A stretch of DNA of 64,000 bases, taken from assembly GCF_009914755.1 (NCBI RefSeq), contig NC_060926.1. One strand, given 5' to 3'. Below, piece after piece: positions 57,335 through 64,000 of this stretch. The DNA comes from the human T2T-CHM13v2.0 reference genome, Homo sapiens. The translations under genes and the position numbers were made by a program. Under the pieces are notes generated by a model, which made no database searches, was not told where the DNA came from, and saw only the letters and a list, made by a program, of their open reading frames with translations. Position 1 is the first letter of the stretch. Each line of letters opens with the position of its first letter.

Positions 57335-57912
57335 TTTAACCAGCATTTCCCCATTTCCCCCACCCTCTATCCCCTGGCAACGACTGTTCTACTCTGCTTC
57401 TACGGGTTTGACTTTTTTAGATTCCACATATAAGTGAGATCATGCAGTAATTGTCTCTCTGCGCTTGGCTTATTGCACTCAACACAATGACCTCTAGGTT
57501 CATCCATGTCGTCACAAGTGGCAGGATTTCCTTCTTTGTTAAGACTGAATAGCATTCCATTGCAATATATTTACCAAATTATCTTTATCCATTCATTCAT
57601 CCATAAACACTTAAGTTGTTTCCATATCTTGGCTATTGTGAATCATGCTGCAATGAACATGGGGGTACAGATATACATCCCCATAGTGTATATATGGTGA
57701 CTATAGTTAATAATACTGTATTGCTTACTTGGAATTCAATATGATTTTAAGTGTCGTTACTGCACACGTGAACGCGCACACACACACACAGACGGTAATG
57801 GATGTGTTAATTAATTTGACTGCGGCAATCACCACACAATGTATATGTATATCAAAGCTTCATGTTGTATATCTTGAATATATATAATTTTCACTTGTCA
57901 ATTAAATATTTT
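57335..57912 (+). mobile_element. L1MA 3' end with 5' inversion
   Basis: 57335-57678 is L1 antisense and ~57680-57912 is L1 sense; flanked by CAACAT(T/C)TGATTCT. Confidence 0.75.
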
Positions 57913-59875
57913 AAAATTAAAACACAACATCTGATTCTCATCTGTATTACTGAGTTTGTAGATAAATGGGATTGTTTAAAAGTACTTTTTATTTCTTATA
58001 AAAAAGGGGACTTATACACTTAAAGAAATATGTTCTAACAATAACTTACATATATTTTAAACCATCTTAAACTCTTAGCAACAACTTCAAAAGAGATCAA
58101 TTTATTTTTAATTATAAAAATAATATAATCACATAGAAATAAAATATCAAAGAGAACAGAAAGATACAAAATGAAAACCAGAGGTTTTCATTTTTCATTT
58201 AATCCTCTTCTTCCAGTCTAATTCCTCAGAGATAGCTATTGTTGAACATTTCCTCTTCTTTTTCTGATAGCTACTTCCATAACTCCAAGAATACGCTTAT
58301 ACTTCCAATTTCTCATATGTTAACTTTAAACTTCCTTGTACTCCCTCTATGAACAAAGAGTAACTTAGCTCTTCCTCTGTGCACACGTGTGCTCTCTCTT
58401 TCTCTCTCTCCCCCTCTCTCTCTCCTATCTCATTGCAAGGGAGGCTGGAAAAGTGAGGAAGCAGATTATCAATAGCACTTTGGACCAACCATGATTCATC
58501 CCTTAAGGTTGGCACCTTGCTGCCCAAACAAAAGCTGGATTCTGATGGCAAGGAAGAAACAAAGGGCATGAACACCGGGGCAGCTAATATGTTTGCCACA
58601 AGTAATATGATGTTTTCTTTGCCAACATCTGTTATCCCCTTCTCCCATCAATCTATTAAGTACACTCAGACTTTCCCTTGCAGAACAGTTACAGTCTTAG
58701 CTCTCAGAGTGGACACTGATTGGCTTATGCCAATAAACTCATTTTTGGCTGTATATTAGAATCACCCAGGGAGTGTTTTAAAATAGCCATGCATGGGATC
58801 CACTTCCCAGACCAATGACATCAGAATCCCTTGAAGGGGTTCCAGGTTTGTGATCCAATGACCTAAGCCAACTAGCATAACCTATTGGTTCAGCGATGGG
58901 CACATTACCCAACTCAAGCCAAAAGAGAGGCAGTGAAATCCATGAAGCTTCTGGAGCAATCAGGAATGGTGTTTTCTCTTCTCCTGCACAATGTGATATG
59001 AAGGTGCAAAATCTGGAAATGCTCTCATCACTTTGACTAGCCTGAGAAGAGCCAGATTAAGCAATAAGTAACAGAGAACAAAGTTGAAAGAATCACAGAG
59101 ATATAGAGCCTATGGATATCCTGAGACTCTGGGTCAATTCTCATCTGAAGTCAGACCTACTTCAGGAACTCTGTTGTCTTAGCCAATTCCATTTGGGTTT
59201 AAACAACTGGAGTTCTTTTTCTGGCCCTTGCATTGGAAACACTCATGTTGTAAAGCCCACTCATTGAGTATATAAAGGACAATATAGATACCACACAAAA
59301 TATTAGTTTCATATTTTCCCACCCTTGCCTCCAGGAAAAATTTTCAGTGCATAGATTTATCTAGCAGGGAATAGATAGGGCTTACAGTGGATGCAGTGTT
59401 AATGGCTCTGCCCAGATCCCAATCTTTCTGTCCCAGAAGTGTCTTAGGCAATGACACAGATATAACAGCAGCCCTTGTCTGTAGCCAGGGCTTACTTTAT
59501 GGTGCCTCCCCTGAATTCTGTCCAGCAGAGCAAAGCCTCTGACTCTCATGAGATGTTGCTATAACAAAGGAAAGAGGTGGCTTACATCTAATTGGCTAAT
59601 TTCTTCCAAAGATCCAAGCAAGAAGTGTCTAACTATGATTGGCTTAACCATTCAACTCTCTTATGAAGACAGGTTGAATCCTTTTGGCTGGATCTAATGA
59701 CCAGTTCAAAGTTCACTTTTGATTAAAAACTTTGAGCTAAAATCTTTTCACAATCTGAAGACCAACCATTAAGATGACCTTGTCTTTTGTCTTTCTTGGA
59801 TGGTGAAAAACCATCTTCAGAGGAAGATGTTCATACTCAGGCTAAAATGATCCTTATTGTATTTGATCTGTGTAC

Positions 59876-59922
<47 letters not shown>
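59876..59922. repeat. (CA)n microsatellite
   Basis: About 23 perfect units. Confidence 0.95.
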
Positions 59923-59926
<4 letters not shown>

Positions 59927-59972
59927 CAACCAGAAGAGTATTGCTCAAATGTTATAGATGACACTCTGGTGA

Positions 59973-60441
<469 letters not shown>

Positions 60442-61950
60442 ACATTCATTATTTGTTAAGGTAATACATTTATATGATTCAAAAAGTACTAAAGGCTCTG
60501 TCCCCCAGTCACTAGTGTTCTCTCCACAGGTAATTAATGTTACCAATTTTATCAGCATTTTCCCTATAAACAGTAGCATATTATACCTTGCACTTTTCAC
60601 TTAATAATATGTTTTAGCAATCAGCCTGTGTCAAAAATGTAAGATTTGGGCTCTTTGACTTTTTTACCATTTAGTATAGACAGAAATGGAATAATAAACA
60701 TATTTGTTTTGTAGAAAATGCCCCCCCATATTACAATATATTCCTGCATGTGCCTTAAAACTTGAACATTCCTTAAGATTTTTCGCTTCCTAGTCATTCT
60801 TTCCAATATCACTGTTGAAAAGCATTAAGCTCCCACGTGGATTCATGCACTATATACCACCCTTTGGGAATTTTCATTTCAACTCAAACAGCAAACTAAA
60901 AGAATATGCCATGCTGCTAGGACAATGACAACACTGCATTACAAAAATTAAATACATCTAAATCACAGACTAAAAATTAGAGTAGTTAAATACTTTTCCT
61001 TGGAAGTGGCAGCTTCTTGGCAAAATGAATTCTTTGAATACGATGACTGTTGTCTCTTTCCTTTCAGTTTGCACCAATTGACATCATCTTATGCTGCTTC
61101 TACTTAAAATGAAGAGGGATTATCTAAAAGATAGAAAAAAATGTATTGACTGCTTCTCCAGTTTAGTTTTCTGTCATTTTGTAGGTAGTAGGAAATATCA
61201 GATAAGGTGGAGAAAGACATATAATACACGGTGGGAATCTGGATTATCACCAGCATCTAAGAAATCCTCTCACGTTTGTCTTTCACAGAGAAATGTGAAA
61301 TAGATAATACAGACTAGGATAGTTCTGCCGCTACTGAAGAGTACACAGAACTGTTGATGTCAGTCTGGAGAAAGGTCTCCAGTAATGCACCGTGGGGCTC
61401 AATTTTGGAGCTGATTTTTATCAGTGACTCGATGAAGTCAAAGATCACAAAAGTAGAAAGGATTACTAGTACATGGAATCATAATGTCAAACGTATAACA
61501 AATAAAGCCTGTGAGGTACAATATAAAGGCCAAAATTTATTAGGAATAAATAAAAATACATCCTACTTTTAGGTCGAAAAAAATCAACACAGCCAAAGCA
61601 GCAGATCCAGGGATCAGCCTACACAGCAGTTCATGTGAAAGAAAGGCTGAGGCCTTGGAAAACCAAATGTTCCAAATCTACCCAAAATGTGGCATTCCTG
61701 AGGATTAACTGAGTTAATATATGTAAAGAGATAAGAGTGGTACCTAGAAAATAGTAAATACTCTGTAAATATTACATCTATCTATCTATCTACCTACCTA
61801 CCTTCCTACCTACCTATCTAATCTATCAATGATCTATCTGCCCTTTTTTGCAGATGCCTTTAAATCCTTTTTGGGTTTTGTCAGGTAGGTGATACAGAAA
61901 ATAATATATATATCAAAAGAGCCTGTAGAAATTAAATTTCTAGAAATTAA

Positions 61951-62411
<461 letters not shown>

Positions 62412-63262
62412 TAACTTCCCCAAGCACACACAGCAGGTAAGTGAAAAGCTGGGATTTGAAACCCAGACAGTCTGGTTGTGCGGCTGACACATTGAGCCAC
62501 CATCCACACTGCCTGTTAGAACAGGACGGGAGAGGGTGGGCAAGGGAGGAAGGAAGGAAAAAAAGTAGAAAAAATAGAGAAAAAGCAACCCATTCAAGAA
62601 AAGACCAACCTGAAGCCACAGCAGCTATGCCTGAGGAGGAACTAGGAAAACACAATTGAAATCTGGGGAGAAAACAGAACTTTTCTAGAAGCAGAGGATT
62701 CCCCACATCCAGCACAGGATGCTGCCAAACCCAAAGATGTTCTTTTTCCGAAGGGTGGATTCACAGGACACACCACCTTGGTGCTTCCTCTGGGTACTTC
62801 AGTGCTCCTCTTCCTCCTCAGAGCCAGTGGCAGGACCCTCCAGCCCCTCCTACTTTTCCCATCCCTCCCTCCCCCACACTCTCCTCTCCACTTTGTCCCC
62901 ACTTCATCTCTCGAGGAGTTTGACGAAGGTAAACCATTCCCCTCAAGAGGAAGAAAGAGAGGAGGCGGGCAGGAGCCACAGAGGTCTGAGATTCTAAGGA
63001 CTGAGGAGAGAAGGTAAATATTTGGGGCTGAGCTGTGCTTGTCTGCAGCAGGGAGGGCTGTGAGACTCCCTGATACTTTTCTGAAAGGAGGTTTCAGGCT
63101 TCCGGACTGAGAAATCCCCAGGAAGACTTACCTAAGGTACCTCCTTGGCTCTTCCCACTTCCTTCCCCCAGCTCTCATCTCAAAAGGAAGCCTCTCCTTG
63201 GAAACTTCCCTGGACAGCGTGCCCCCTTCTTCCCCCATGCTTGTGAGATTACAGCTTTAAAA

Positions 63263-63705
63263 CTATTCACAAGAGCAAAGACTTGGAACCAACCCAAATG
63301 TCCAACAATGATAGACTGGATTAAGAAAATGTGGCATATATACACCATGGAATACTACGCAGCCATAAAAAATGATGAGCTCATGTCCTTTGTAGGGACA
63401 TGGCTGAAGCTGGAAACCATCATTCTCAGCAAACTATCGCAAGGACAAAAAACCAAACACCGCACGTTCTCACTCGTAGGTGGGAAATGAACAATGAGAA
63501 CACATGGACACAGGAAGGGGGACATCACACACCGGGGACTGTTGTGGGGTGGAGGGAGGGGGGAGGGATAGCATTAGGAGATATACCTAATGCTAAATGA
63601 CAAGTTAATGGGTGCAGCACACCAACATGGCACATGTATACATATGTAACAAACCTGCACGTTGTGCACATGTACCCTAAAACTTAAAGTATAATAATAA
63701 TAAAA

Positions 63706-63736
<31 letters not shown>

Positions 63737-63745
63737 AAAATAAAA
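63263..63745 (+). mobile_element. Young L1PA 3' end, antisense in MREG intron
   Basis: ORF2 C-terminus (IDWIKKMWHIYTMEYYAAIKNDE), 3' UTR and (TAAA)n tail. Confidence 0.93.
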
Positions 63746-64000
63746 GAACTCCTGATTCAGAACCCAGCCAAGTCCTCTTCAGAGTTCGTGCAGCAAACCA
63801 GTTTCACTCACTCACATGATGGGCCTCTTCCTCCCAGAGTTAATTAGCTGCACATTTTAACAAACATCCAAATGTATGACTGTATTTGCCAAACCCAAGA
63901 GAAAAAGGATTCTGCAAGAAACGAGCTCACGTCTCTTCATAGGGCAGCTGGCTGCACTGATGCAAGCAGCCACAGCGCTCTGCCCTTAATGAACTCCTTG

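Overview
Primate (human-like) genomic DNA, not prokaryotic. About half of it is recognisable interspersed repeat (Alu, L1, L2, MIR, MaLR/ERV1/ERVL LTRs, MER20). Two structures dominate. (1) The 3' half of melanoregulin (MREG) on the minus strand: three coding exons (52454-52544, 50999-51162, 50291-50425) with canonical splice sites, then a ~2.1-2.3 kb 3' UTR. The upstream exons lie beyond the right edge. (2) A complete 5.8-kb HERV-H provirus on the plus strand (27715-33533), convergent with MREG. It has two LTR7s, a CTTGG target-site duplication, a perfect tRNA-His primer-binding site and an intact splice donor, but dead gag/pro/pol and a mostly deleted env. I see no new protein-coding system. 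The most interesting unexplained architecture is at the MREG 3' end: an inverted Alu pair in the UTR, bracketed by proximal and distal poly(A) signals, plus a candidate alternative last exon. Together these give three possible routes that keep or drop a ~300-bp dsRNA stem. Other leads are a G/T minisatellite grown from an Alu tail just upstream of the LTR7 promoter, an 18-bp direct repeat with micro-duplicated junctions around an ERVL remnant, a foreign insert in a MER41A LTR, and an old twin-primed L1. Repeat family names come from recalled consensus sequences, not a search, and boundaries of old repeats are approximate.
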